From Leptogorgia sarmentosa (lineage: Eukaryota), in the NCBI GenBank assembly GCA_964658305.1, contig OZ210885.1:9796001-9860000 (forward strand): a DNA stretch of 64,000 bases. Direction: 5' to 3'. Positions 23,025 through 38,000 of the stretch are shown one piece after another. The notes under the pieces were generated by a model, which did not search any database, had not been told where the DNA came from, and saw nothing but the letters and a program-made list of their open reading frames with translations. Position 1 is the first letter of the stretch. Each line of letters opens with the position of its first letter. The position numbers and the translations under genes were made by a program.

Positions 23025-26000
23025 TCAACCTTTTGGTTGGAGTTCTTTTGAATGCGAGGATAACTTATTAAGACGAAGGAAGCAGACCCGACCTCCTTTC
23101 AGGCCAACACAAACCATTCCATTTGAGCCACATGCTATGGCTAAAACATCCCGGTCGAAATGAAACTCTTCAACACACTCTCCATTTGGTAGGTTCCACA
23201 GTTTCAGCGTCTTGTCTTCATCCGAGCATGACAAAAGTAATTCTCCCTCAGGCGCTAATGCCAACGCTATGATACGTTCGGCATTTTGAATTGGAAATCT
23301 GCCGAGAACCTTTCCAGTTCTGAAGTTCTCAATCACCAAAGAACCATGACCTAAAAATGTGATTTAAAATTTTAAATCTGTTAAGGCAATATGTTACGCC
23401 AGGCAATTTTGGGTTGATAGCCATGTTTTATATTTATAGTGGCTGTTACGTGGCGCTTTTATGATCTCATAGAAATTAGTAATAGTTGCGGGCGTAAATT
23501 TAAGAATGCGCCGGTAGTTTTGACACATCAACTTTCCCGCAAGTGTCAAAACTTCCCGCGCATCTCAGAATTTGCGCCCGCAAACATTAGTATAATTTCT
23601 ATTAAAACAATAAAGCGCGTCTGGAGAAAGTAGGGTCTAGAGGTCACGTTATTTAAGTTGCTGTCTCAGAAATTGTTCACGTGGACCGCTAGTACACATT
23701 AGTATACAGGGACTTATCTGCATAGGCGTACGAGGGGGTGGGGCTGGGGGGGCTGCAGCCCCCCCAAATTTTTTGAGAATTCATCTATTCGGGCAAAAAT
23801 TGTCTTGTCATTCGGGCAGCGATGGTCTGGTGATTAGATAAAATGTTGTTACGCTAGTAACTTTCTCTTTCTCTGTAAATCGTAATGAGTATATTTAGCT
23901 TATAATTGAAATGGCTAGGGTCATAGTATTCTCAGATTATATAATATTATGATGACGTCACGAAATCTATGACGTCATATGTAATTCGGGCAAATTCAGC
24001 CCAGCCCCCCCCCCAAAAAAATGTGCCCGTACGCCTATGCTTATCTGTACAAATTTTCAGCGAGTCTTATCTAAAAAACATAGCTTTAAATCAGACGTTT
24101 CATAACATGCAGCTAAAACTGCCTGATCCAAGGGTCAATTAGTCAGGGAATATTGCTGACCCATATAGCCGATATGAAAACATGCCTATCTATCAGGCGA
24201 TCTCAACACACGAAGAATTTAAGGACTGCGACTAGATGTCGCGTAGCATACCATTTTTCGATTGAAACAAATGAATTTCTGCCATTATATACTTTATTTT
24301 GATTCCATATTTTTGTGAGAGCTATAGTTCTCATAACCAAACATAATGACAAAATTTCAACTAGTTTCATACAGAACAACGGAAGATATAATCGAGTGAA
24401 TCGAGTGCTGACTGGCTAAGACACGAAACACTGAGCTAAACAAAGACTGCAGAGAGTGCTCGTATCAATTTTCTCATAAAGGAGTGAGGCTTAATTGCAG
24501 GATTCGCATAATCCAGAGTTTCTCAGATCAGTGGGTGATCTATCCACGACAGGTCTTCCAACTTGCCTTGGTTTTTAATTTTCCCGGGTGAAAATTGCCG
24601 GGCGGACTTAGTACCCTCGCCAGGCCGTACCCTCGGGGAAAATACATACAGACTAAGCTGTGGGTAATGCTCAAAGTTTCCGTGCGAATACTTGTTAGAT
24701 AACATAGTTGCAAGTCAAACGGGTAATGCACGTGGTGTTACCGTGAGGTTAAGCCTACTGGAATGGGGTATATTCGCAGGGGAGGTTTCGCATTCGGAGG
24801 TTCAAAATTCAGCATATTCGCATGTTACTTCCATTGCTTGGATAACTTCTTGTTGGTTTGAAAAGACTCGTGTCCAGGCATTTGTGCAGTGGACGGGGAA
24901 ACAAGGGCGTGGACGGAATGTCGGAGAGTAAGGCTGTGCTGAAACTTGAAGAATTGCGCAACCACACGTTGTTGCAATTGAGATTAAAAAATGAAATAAA
25001 TTACCTAAAATTGCCACATGGCTGCCAGAATTGTTCACACTTAAAACTCTTCTGGTAAAAAATTTAGGGATCTCGTCGCAACCCTGTTCGATCAGTTTCC
25101 ACTTTGTTACCCATGTTTGCTCTTCAACTCCATTAGCAACTCTACTCTTGCAAGAACAAGCATCAAAGAGGAAGTTCTGGACCACGCGAATTGTTTCAAT
25201 TCTACCACTCATACGGGATCCGTGATGATGCACAATTCCTTTGCCATTTATCCGCGCAACCTGTCAAAATAATAATTTACTGCTTAATACATTGGTTATT
25301 TTCTCAGCAAAATAAGATGAACGTCTTCCGATTTTTAACACTTATGATTATGTATTTTAAATTAAAAAATTCCGATGCGAAGTGCTAATTTGTTTGCTTT
25401 GTTATTGTTAAGTAATTGAAAAAATTACATTCGGAGTTGGAATTGTTGAGTTTAATTTACACATGCAGTATTATTAGTGACTGAAGGCAAGCGCGCAAAT
25501 CGTCGGTGGGGGGGGGGTTTGTGCGCAGGAAACATTGAGTTTAAATGTAAATGAAGTATGGCGTTTCGCAATTATCGTATCAGCATTCAGCAGTTATGTT
25601 TCGTAAAGTTATCCTGCTAAATTACTGTAATATGTGCGAAGCACGAGTGATATTTCAACAAAGATATATGCAATTAATACTGCGTTGTTTTGGATGTTTT
25701 CAAAAACAACGCCGGCTCGGAACGGTTTTAATTAATAAAAATACTTAGTACACGCCTGTGTAATTAATGTTTAATTCGTACAGTTCTTGAAAGTTTTGAC
25801 AATCAACGGAATTGACCGCAATGATATCAAAATAAGAATTAACTGTATTCACAATGTTGATATGTGTTATCCTCTTTTCAAATTGTTTATTACGCACGGG
25901 GTTAACTTGTTACGCATGCAAGAAAGATACAGTTGCATTGGTGTTTACTTCGGTTAAAGTGTTACTGCAACGAATTTTTCGACCTCGTTTTTTTGCCTTA

Positions 26001-29000
26001 AATAAATATTCAGGTCGAAAGATGAAATTTGGTGTATAGATGACTTTTGTATGTTGAGTGGAAGTAACTAAATTTCGCCTCCAAACTTCGATACCGGATG
26101 CGAACAAAACAGCCGCCATTTTGTCACCTTGTGACGTCACAAGTGTAACACTTTTAGCGAAGCTACTAGTAAATTGTATTGCGTTAGAGCTATACTCTGT
26201 GTTTCTCTTGCTTTTTTCGCCGGAAAAAAATATCTTTTGAAACAAAACTTGACCATAGGCATTTTAAGACAATATATTTTGCTCATGTCGAGTCACGAGT
26301 CTGGCGGGGACCCGCAATCGTGTGAGAGTTCAAGTGAAACTGCATGACCCGGTGTCGAATGGCTCGTTAAGTCATGTCACATCGCACTGCTTTGCGTACG
26401 ACGACGAACCTATACCAGAACCTGGGGAAACGAATTGTGTTCCAGAAGATCCAGATGGATTGTTGCCAGCAACTATTGAACAAAGAAGCGACGGTAGAAT
26501 AACTCTGGAACAGTGATACGTGAAGGTTCAAGACTGTTTAGACTTTAGCCTAATTAAAATAGCCGACGTAGGCTAAATTTGAATGTATATTTTATTGCTT
26601 TTATTTAATATTCATCCGTAATGATATATTGTTAATTTTGATTTCAATATATTGATATCATGCAGTATAATTATTGATTCCACATTGCCGTCTCAATATC
26701 TATCAGAACAAGTGTGTATGTAAAAGAGCCCAATTTTATAGGCCCTTTCTTTTGGGCTTCCTTGCCTTCTATCTATTAAATTTGTAAATACTTAAGCTGT
26801 GGCAGAATAAATTGATTTGATTTGATTTGATTTGATTTGATAAGGAAAATAGTCATAATTCATAGCAAGTTAATATTTAGCGATTTTGCTAACTCTAGAT
26901 TCATATCATAGCACGAATCTTCGAAGTGAAGGCACGAGGTCGCCGTAGCGTCAAAACCCGGGTTATGTTTACAGACAAATTTCACGCACTTATTCCGTCT
27001 CTGAGCATCTGTTTCTTCATTAGGGAATAGATGCATAGACATTCCTTCAGTTTTGCTATCATTGGCGCAGCTAACTAAGTTAGGACCGCCAGCAACGCAG
27101 AGTTTTCCTCCGCGACTAGCTTTACGTCTATTAGAAATATACGCCATGTTGAAAATGTGTTACACTTGTGACGTCACACGGCATTAAGATGGTGGTCGAA
27201 AAGTTCGCACGGAAGTAGCCAAAAATCGCAACTTTGAAAGGCCATAAAATCCGTTTGAAAAGAGCAATTTTATTTCTGTTTGCGATAAACATATTCGGAG
27301 AGTAAGTACTTTAAAATAAGCCAATAAAAAAGGGGTCGAAAAATTCGTTGCAGTAACACTTTAAATATGATGCGTTGAATTATATAATTCGCTTCATAAT
27401 TTACGTCTTGGTATATCTATTTTCCCAGTAAATTGCTGTAACATGTTAGATTTTATATTAACTTTGGTGTCTGCTGTACGAATTTTCCTCCTTCTATATT
27501 CAGCTCATTTCTTTGTCATACCCTTTCCTTTTTTTATGACTCAAATATAAATATTTTTGTTTATTCAGTCATATCTTCTTATCTGTCACTTACTTTGTTT
27601 TTAAACTTAGTTCGGGAAGGCATGCGCGCCGTTTTTCCTGCTTGTGGATCAAACTTTACGTTATACAAGATTTATTTTCTTTTTGTAAGAATTATTTCTT
27701 TGTCAAACTTGCAGATGGTTGAAGTTTTTGTAGGTTTAAAGCAGTTTATAATATTCCAGTAATTTGACTATAAGTGCTTGGTGGGTTTTAGTGCTACATT
27801 TATTGCATGAAATTGATTCCGAACACACAGGTTATGCATAAGGCGTTGTGTCTATAATGTAATGATATGTTAATTCAAAGTAACATATCATTTTTTATTG
27901 AACTTGTGACAAAAGTGTGAGTTTTAGAATGCTGTCCGCACAGAAATCCATTTTGCTATATTCACTCGATTATATCTTTTGTTATTCTGTATTAAACTAG
28001 TTGAAATTTTGTATTTATGTCTCGTTATGAGAACTTTAGCCCTCACAGAAATATGGAAATGAAATAAAGTATATTATGTGAGATTTCAATTGAAAAATGG
28101 ATTTGAATTTGACAACTAGTCTCAGTCCTTTTCCGTGTATTGAGATCATCTTGATGTTGACAATATCAGTAATTAATGTACTCATGAATATAAACTCCAC
28201 ATAGAAATCTCAGACAGACTTGTATGGATTTAAATACTCCTGATAAGGTCGACGTTGGTGTTTTGATGTATCTTTCGTAACAGTCTGAGGACCACTGCCC
28301 TGGGGTTTTGATGAGCCATGCAGGTAGTCTGCTTTAGCAGCCGTTGTAGCAGCACCAATCCGGTAGCTATGGCCGGCATAATTTGATGCATTCAACCCCG
28401 CCTGGTTAAGCAGCTTTTAGGTTTCAAATGTTAGATTTGGCTTAGTAAGAGGTTTTCCAGATGCAAAAATAAAGAGCGGCCCAAACCATTAACTACACTC
28501 TAATAAAGTTGTCCCTTTTGAGGTTTTCGACTATAAAACGTCTAATTTTTCTTGTCAAAATACCCCCTCCGCCCCAAAAACAATGTTGAGTCTATGCCAA
28601 ATGCATTAAACATGTTATGCAACACCATCCAACATTGATTGGTGGGGGAAAGGGGGAGGGTTCTTTTTTTTTGCTCTAAACCCCATAAAATAATAGTATG
28701 TGTCGCCAATGTTATGACCAGGATTGCAGTTACTGTTGGACGTAGTCGGGTGTAGTTCAGCATTGCTTGCAAAGGACACCACTTCCGAGTACGTAGCGCC
28801 TATTTTTATTGTTTGACCCATCAGGCGGATTAGGTCTTAGGACCGTCATGAATTGAGGTGTTTTGCCACCACTATTCGGTGAAAAATTAATACATTCTCT
28901 GATCAGGTGTATATCTGGGTTGAACTTAGAGTTGCAAGTTAATTCTCCAAGATGGAGAAAGCCAAAAAATACTAATGTCATAGCAGCCCAAACCAACTTA

Positions 29001-32000
29001 GAGTCAAATGACTGTGTGAACGGAACGCCGAGCAACATTTGAAATAGGTTAAGGTGGTAAATTCTTATGGGTAGCCGCACCCGGAGTTGTTGCCCTTGTG
29101 AGCGTTTTATCCCTCTGAGAACAAGCTGTAAGCGTAACATTTTGTTCAAGTTTAGCTCAATACCACGGCGAATGCGGAAGTGACGATGGTGATCATTATT
29201 TGATGGTCATAATTATGTAATGTATATGATCATGAATTTGCTTATCAAAGCAATCCCGACTAGTACTGTTGTTGCGTGAATTTTGGTCATTATACTATAC
29301 GGACTGTTGAGCGTTGACATATTTTGTACATACCTTAAACCAGACCTTAAATCATTGTTACTAAAACATATACGAAACTATTCGAATAGCAGGAAATAGA
29401 TTCGAATTGCTGCCATATAATTATAAAAGTATCAAGCAGATCCCGGACAAAGTTAAAACATTTACCTTATGAAATCTGTTTCACTCTGCGGCTATTAAGC
29501 CAGATCTTAACCCCATTCTAGTTTTCTATTGCCGATAAACCTCAGTCCTATTGCATGAAATATAATTTTCGAAGTCAAAAACATACGCGAATCTCGGCTT
29601 CAATTCTATCCATTTACGATCGTTCCAGATTTCACGTAGGTATTGGACGGGTTTTTGTGCACGGATGTCATCAGCAGATGATTAATATAAATTTGTAATA
29701 TTTAACAATTATTGGATGAGGTTTTTGTGATATGCGGAACATAACTACCCGTGCTGAAGGTTTTGGATGAAAATTGTGCAATTTGAATGGAATTAACCCC
29801 GAAATAATCGATCGTAAAGTGCTGCCAAAACAGTCGCTTGACTTGGTTCGAGACATTTCAGGTCAAGAATGAAGCTTTTGGGTAACTTCGAGGTGTTGGA
29901 ATATTCTATAGGACTTCTGTGAAAGATAAGAAATAGAAAGCCGCGTGTTGGTAGAGAAACAGGAATCGAATTGTCGTCGCCAATTCACACTGTATATTTA
30001 GTCATCGTTTCGGAAAGTGTATACCGACCAAGTTGTCCGTGAATGGAATTCATCCCAGAGGCCAAAGTTTTTCTGGCAACGATTAATTCAAGAAAAATAA
30101 ATTAGTTTATGGGTTGATAGGCTCGAACGTCTTGAAGGAACAATGCGACTGTTTTGGCAGCATTTTACGGATCGATTATTTCGGGGTTAATTCCATTCAA
30201 ATTGCGCAATTTTCATCCAAAACCTTCAGCACGGGTAGTTATTTCCAAAAAATGGTGCTAGAACGTGATCGGAAACGTTATGCGGTCGTAAAATGCGAAA
30301 AACATGGTTTTTCCAATACTAGCTCCTATTAATTTGACCGGTTGAGCAGCCATCTTGGATTGCTCATGTTTGCCACATGCGTCAGCATATAATTATTCTA
30401 CAGTCAGCAATCTAGGCTTCCTATATCTATGACTGTAGAGTATATTAAACTACCTAGGCTAACTGAACGCGTGTTTTCGGAAATTTTTCGCGCTTTTATT
30501 AGTTTAGGGAATATTTAACAATTGGTCCGAGTTGACTATTCGCTCATAAACAACGAGACCGAGTAGGTAGGAACAAATTCAGATAGCGTGCTTAACCATA
30601 CGACAGATCTAATCTCAATGCGATTCTCGCCATGGAATCGGTACATGACATGCACACCATGTTATTCTTTTTTTTTTTACACTTTCCACAGTGCACAGAA
30701 CATCGATCAGCGAAAAAACAAATATGCACACGACTTCAACACCACCATTCATTTGGTTGTGTTCTTCCAGTCAAGGGCTGAACTAGGGGCTTTTTTCCAA
30801 ATTTGTCTCCCGATTTCCAAATAATGCTTGGAACAAAGTTAATTCACTCTAGAAGCGCTTCACAACTGATGAGCATGGTATGTGTTATTCATGCACTGCA
30901 AAAAGTGCAGCTCAACTACAACAAATATTAAGCCCTAAAAATAACGTTTCACAATCTTGTTCGGTAAAGAGACATCACGAAATTTAAATTGCAGCTCAAC
31001 CTATAACAAGTAACACGTCCAAAAATTACATTTGAAAATCTCGTTTGGAAAATGATAATTCATACCTTTTTGTCAGAAGCAACTATGATATCATCCGAGC
31101 AGGGCACGAATTCAAACGCGGTAATGGGATCTGAACAAATGTTGTCATGTGACCATATTAACGTCGGCAAGTTTTCTTCAACATTCCAAAGCTTCACAGA
31201 CCCACCGATAGACCCCGATGCAAAGCGACGTGAACGATCATGACCTCCTAGCTCCCCTTTAACTTGAGAAATGGCATCCTCGTGTGCTGGGAATTTCGAC
31301 TGCGATTTATTGTTAAGATGAAACCATAACAGTTCTCCGTCATCACAACCAAGCAATGCATAGTTTGAACCAAGAGCAGTAATGCAGGTGACTTTAACTT
31401 CTGGTTGACCCAAATTAATGCTGGCCTCGATATCATTAAAAGTTCTTAGTTCGACCCTGTTTGCCTCGTCAACAAAAACGAAACGGACATCATCACTTAA
31501 TAAGCAGACAAGACGTATGGCGCCTCCAGATTCGGTCTTTGCGAATTGATCTATTTTAGAACACTCTATGTCGACCAGCGACAATGTTCCCGAACTGCTT
31601 CCAGACAGAGCAAATTTCCCATTGGATGTCATGTCAATTGCTGTAACTATCGAGTCGTCAGGGTGACCTGCATGAAGGAAGTAAAATTTTTATTTGAAGT
31701 ATTCAAGTATGCGACGCTTCAGCGGTGTAGCCTGCCAATCATTGAAAAATATCCTTCAGACGACAAGTATAATCTTTACAGGTGCAGCAATAGAAATTTT
31801 CTTCAAATCCAGGTAGGAAAATGCATCGCTGATATCGAAAACGCAAAAATAAGTCATTCACTGTTGTGAATAAAAGACTAGTATACTGGAATAAATGAAG
31901 TTTTCCATTACAGTCGTTTTGCCCGCGCGGGCGGAGCGAACGATTTTAACTTCGTCAAAAATACGTCGTGCGTGCACGCCAAGAAAGTTGAACGTAGTTC

Positions 32001-35000
32001 CACTTCTAAGCGTGTCCGCGCGTGCAAAATTAGACAGAGAACGCTCAGATTAGACATCCATAGCAAAAGTTGAAACATGTTCGCTCTGCCCGTGCGGGCA
32101 AAGCGACTGAAATGGAAAACTGCCGTAAATCACACCCATTTCATCCGAAATTCAATCACTTTCACCTGATAAATAGTACGTACATTGCACTAACTTTAAT
32201 TTGAATGGCCATAATATGTTTTTTATTGTTCCCAATCATTGCAGTTATACTAATTTTGACACACTTTTACACATTGTAGTGATGGATTTTTGTTCTTTAC
32301 TTATTTTCAAATTTTTGCGATCGCTAGATTTCTCTATTATGTATACGTTTACTCTAGACTAAAAGCTTGCAGTGGGCTGAGAACAGTCTTACACTAAGCT
32401 GGAAAGACAGTTAGTAGAACATAACTTCCGTGTCAATTGACAGCTAATCCTCCAAAACGTCAGCTGAGGTTTAAATCTCGAGGTATGTTCGCACAGCGCG
32501 ACTAGTTAGGCTCGTTTTAGACGTCTAATTTGCGTCATATTCAAAAAATGAGGGAAGTAATCTCATGAATGAAACGGGCATCAACTTTATTTGGAAATCA
32601 GCAGATAAAAGCGGCCGAAAAATGGCCTGAAAAATTGCAATGTGTTGACTTCCTTCATATGTCGTGAAGGCACATGGATGGGAAACTTACTGTAGCAAAA
32701 TACCCGTTTAGAAAAAGATGAGATCAAAAATAGCAAGTTGAAATTTTTGAAATCTCGTAGCTTTGGTATTCTTTCGCTACATGCAACACGACTAAAAACG
32801 GATACAGGTTTGTAGATACTCGTGACGAAACCGTTTTAATTGTATTCTCCATAATCGTTTAATACATAAATTATAATCAGAACAGAAAATAGCCTGTAAA
32901 GCTAGCCATGCAAGACAATTTCAGAGCTAACACGTAAATCAAATTCAATATTTGACTCATTCGCCAGTGAATGCATTGGTTTTTCGGGAAAAATATATTC
33001 TCATTTAAAACGGATATTTCACACATATAAATTATTGTGTGCATGAATATAGTAAAAAATCCTGTAGTCGCATCAAAGACTTAAAAGTATTTACAATTTT
33101 GAAATAGTCCTTGATTTACCCACCTGCATTATGGTCGATCGAACTCCAAGTTGAAAGTTTCCGGTGGAGAAACGCATTTTTCCGAAGCGAGCCAAACAAA
33201 AGATCTTTGCCGTCGGGTGATATTACAAGTGGGACACTCGGCCGCTGACGTACAGTCGATACTTGTAGTGAGTCGAGATTGATTTCACAAATATGCATAT
33301 CCAGGTTGCATGTATAAATCATGTTGCGATCGCATGCTATTTCCACTGTATAGGACGCGGGTAAAATGACTTCTTTCAAAGACGCATCAGGGTTTTGCCA
33401 GTCCCAGATGAACACATGGCTATCTTCGCATCCAATTATAACTTGCAACCCATCAGAACTAAAGCGAACAATGTCAGGTGTGCCATCGCGATAAATTCCA
33501 TTGATCACACTGCCATCGGACAAATTCCACACCTTGAAAAATCAAAGGAAAAATTGAATATTCTGTATGAAGCGCAACACGCGCGTAAAACTTGTGACTG
33601 TTTTATTTATCAAAACTAATTGTGAATATTATTACCAACAAACAGAAGTTTCGTTACTTATATTATGCGTGCTACTCAAAGCTATTACTGAAAGTCAGTT
33701 TTCAAAGATGTAGATAGAGCATAAAAAGTTAGTTAATACGTTCCTGTCGTTCCAGATTAGATTTTGCGTTTTATTTTCCAAAATATACGTACACTGAGCA
33801 ATAATAAGAATGGACAAAGCTTCTGTAATGCATAAATAAACCAATGGTGGCCATATTGGTCTGAATAAATTTCCTCCAAAAATGGCGTCTTTTTCCTTTT
33901 AAATTTGGCCGTGATGCGATCATGCATGTTTGATCGATTTCACTCGTTTTAGTATTTCATCTCATTACAAATTTTCTAACTTCAAAATTATTGAATGAAT
34001 TGAACAGGATGATAAATTCAGTAGCTACTTCGAGATCAGTGGGTTAAAGGGCTCGAATCTGCTAACTGTTTTTCGATGTTTGATCGATTTCATTCATTTT
34101 AGTATTTCATCTCATTACAAATTTTCTAACCTCAAAATTATTGACTGAATTGAACAGGATGTTAAATTCAGTACTTCGAGATCAGTGGGTTAAAGGGCTC
34201 GAATCTGCTAACTGTTTTTCGATGTTTGATCGATTTCATTCATTTTAGTATTTCATTTCATTACAAATTTTCTAGCCTCAAAATTATTGACTGAATTGAA
34301 CAGGATGATAAATTCAGTACTTCGAGATCAGTGGGTTAAAGGGCTCGAACAGCAAGTTTTGCCATTTCATGAAAAGAATTCGCGCAAAAGTCCCAGAAAG
34401 CAACCTTAACGAACAACAATTACAGTTGTACTACTTTGTATTACGAGCAACTATTAGTGAGATATTTTACACCCTTTATTTAAAAAGTTGTCTTGTTTCA
34501 ACGCATAACTTGAATAGCAATGGATCGAAGAAAGACAACAAATTCACGACTTCATTGACTTCATGTGAGTGGGGGGGGGGGCCCAGAATTCTCATCTTAC
34601 TGCGGGTCAGCTTTCTAAGATAGAGTACCAACTGCGACGTTAGGAATTAGGCTTGGAGTTTGGAATAAATAAATATAATTTCCATCACTCTAACACTTTT
34701 CTAGTAACATAATCTTGGTAATGATTTCGTTGAATGTATGTCTTCATATTTTATGTATCCATTTAACAGTTTAACTGCATGTATACAACCGCGTGAATAA
34801 AGCTACTGGTGGAAAGTTTGACTGGTTTGCTTGAGTTCAGGAGTCTATTGGCATTTTTCATTATACGAACAATGAAGCGGCCATGCAAATTGTGGAAAAT
34901 TCAGTAAGGGCTATTTACTTGTTAGCAAATATTTCAAGTTTCAACCATTGTTAAATTAAATGCTCGGAAAGCTATAAAATCGCAGATACGGAGCAGGCAA

Positions 35001-38000
35001 TTGCTAAAAGGTATGTTCAACTTCAAAATATTTAAGTTTTATTCTCGTCAGAGTTTTAACGGGTTGTTTTAGGAAATTCAACAAAGAGCAACAGTCTTGC
35101 TCACTGCCTAAACGATAGAAACAGATTTAACGTTTCGATGAAACGTCCTTCCTCGGGAATTGGTGTGTTCACTAATGTAGTTATTCAGTGGATGGCGCAA
35201 TCTTACATGTGAACAACCATCCCGTTACAGGAACGTTATAAATTGTTACTGCATGAGACTTCCTCCATTACACGAGCGGGGGAGTTGAAATTTGATTTCT
35301 TTCACCAGTTGACAGGTATTACTAGTTACGCATACAGGATTATCTCGAGCTTCATATTGATTGGACTATATCAAATGTCAATTATACATAACTATAGATG
35401 TGTGTCGCATCACGAATAGGGCCCTTTTGCTGGAAACGTCAAATCCGTTTGTATCCCTTATAGGTATTGAGTAGACCTTTATTTGTTGTTGATGTTGCCA
35501 TCTGCTACCTACACTGGTCACATATTCATACTTCAATTATTATCTATCATGGGTTATGTGTACGTTGACCTGAAACCGTCATCATATAGGTCTGAATGAA
35601 GTTGATGTACAGTTTGTCTTAAATCTTGCATGACAATCCATTCCATAACACATGGTAAATTATTAACTTACTGAATCTGTCGAAATTTAAAACTGTTTAT
35701 GAAATTGAAAGGCAATGCTTCAATGCTCGTATCCATATACTGACAAACAATTTTCCTAGTAAGACTATTTTTAATATTAAAATATAACTTACTTCAAACG
35801 GTCATTCTTATGTTTTCTTATATGTATTATATGTAAATGTACATTTCTTTCGGTTCCGGTTTAAAATATGTCAGTACGAAGTCCTGGAATGGATTGAATG
35901 TGAAGTTACAGGTTTCAAAACGAGTTTAAGGTCGTGCAGTTTAAGGCTGAATTTCCAGTCCATGCCTTCGATTTTTAGGGTCTGATACAAACCTTCTTTA
36001 ATTTTAAGAACACATCTGATATACATCAGAAAATCAAAGTTATAGTTTCTGCCAATAACATATACTGACACCTGCACGCTGACGATTTCCCGTGTTTTCT
36101 TCATGATCATGAATTATTAATGCATTTCACAAGTATATGTACACATGTTTTGTAAAAATTGTATACATTCCTAATAATGAATGCGCCGAGTCGAAACGTG
36201 GAACAAACAATTCAAAAAATTTCTTGTGTTCGGATGTTTGTATTTCTATATGGACAGTATGGCTAGTAGCCTTGTGTACCATACCTTTATCGAGGACTTC
36301 GTTGAGGCCTTGAAGATATTCCTATCCTTTGACAGCGAAACGACATAGCGATCATCAACAGAGACTGCAACATGTTTTGCCCATTCAAGGTCACCTATTT
36401 AATCAGGAAGGAAAAAAGAATCAATTCAAAAATTGAAGTAAACATCAAAAGGATATTTTCTGTAACAGTCACAAATGATCAGGTTGGACGCGTTATTAAA
36501 ATTAATGTAAAAATCTTTGCAATTTAAGGATTTAAATACATACAATGAAAAGAAAAAGTCTTGAGGAGTGGATTAAATACTGTATCTAATATAACTTGAT
36601 ACTTTAACCAGCAGCAAAAGTTCTACTCACCAACTGAACGATAGGCAGTGAATTTGTTTTCTAACGTTTAGGTAGTAAGTAGAACTTTTGTTGCTTGTTG
36701 ATGTTATTATATCCGGAACCTACACAGCAGTTGTCTACCAGCATTCGATATTGCCATTTTTTTATCATAGAAGATATTTTCATCATCACAAATGGAGATG
36801 TATTTTTCACATTTTAAAAAAATGCACACATTGAGCAATCGCAAGCACCTCCATTCATATGAGGTTGCATTGATAAATAACAATGCAATAAATTGTTAGC
36901 AATAAATTACGATGAACTACTAGACTACCATCCTTTAGATATTTATAATGTAAGAACTGGTGGAATTGTGAGAAAGTACATTAGAATGCGTTACGATTTA
37001 GCGGATTGTGAAAGTTAAGATGCAAATATATATTGTAATGTAATATATAATATTATTGTTCCCACATGCTGGACCATTTGTCAATATTTTAAATATATAT
37101 AAATTTAATAAAATTTTATTACCGATAATTTTATTACCGATAATAGGAGGGACTTCCACAGAAATTAATCAATGCAAAACACGATATAGGAATATTCGCG
37201 CCCTCTCACCCATTTAGCCACACCAAAATTGTGCAAATTTACACTTATTTAGTGTTCGCTGAACACTTCGGAATTTTAAGTGTGGTCGCATATTGAACCT
37301 TATTCTAATGGGCTAGAGCATAAACTATCAAAAGAATGGACTGGAAACGCACGCTGAAACTGCACAACAACCGCGTGATACGCTTTATGTGGAACCCTGT
37401 AACTTCCCATTAAATCCATTCCAAGACTTCGTATTGACATATTTCAAACCAGAAGAGAAATGAGTGTGCATCTATCCACCGTTCAAGGCAAAAATCACCG
37501 TTGCAATGTAGTGTGAAATTTTATATCTTGATATTTTGCTGGCGTTGTGTTTGTGATCGTTGTCTGTCAGTTTCAAATATTCCGTATCTCTACACTCTTC
37601 TTTATACGCCTGTGATAAACAAATAACTTCACAGTTGCTCGTTTGTACCGTTATTATTCACTCGTTGTGATCGCTAAGCTCACTCGTTCACTGCGCTCAC
37701 TCGTTTATTTAGCGATCCATCACAATTGGTAAATAAAAATCGCATGCACTCGCCAACCGTAAAGTAGGCAATCTCTATGTATTGTCTTTCTGTAAACGAG
37801 AGAAACTGTACGAATTTTCTAATGCAAAGTGTATAAGTAGACAATCGCCAAATCTCATAAAACATTTCCCTTTCGTCAATGATGTAAATAGAGATGTGTA
37901 CGATTCGCAAATAATAAAATTCGAACAAACGAGCCAACTGCGCATGAAGTAATTTGTTTATTATATGAATAAAAGGAATAGTGTAGAGATACGGAATATT

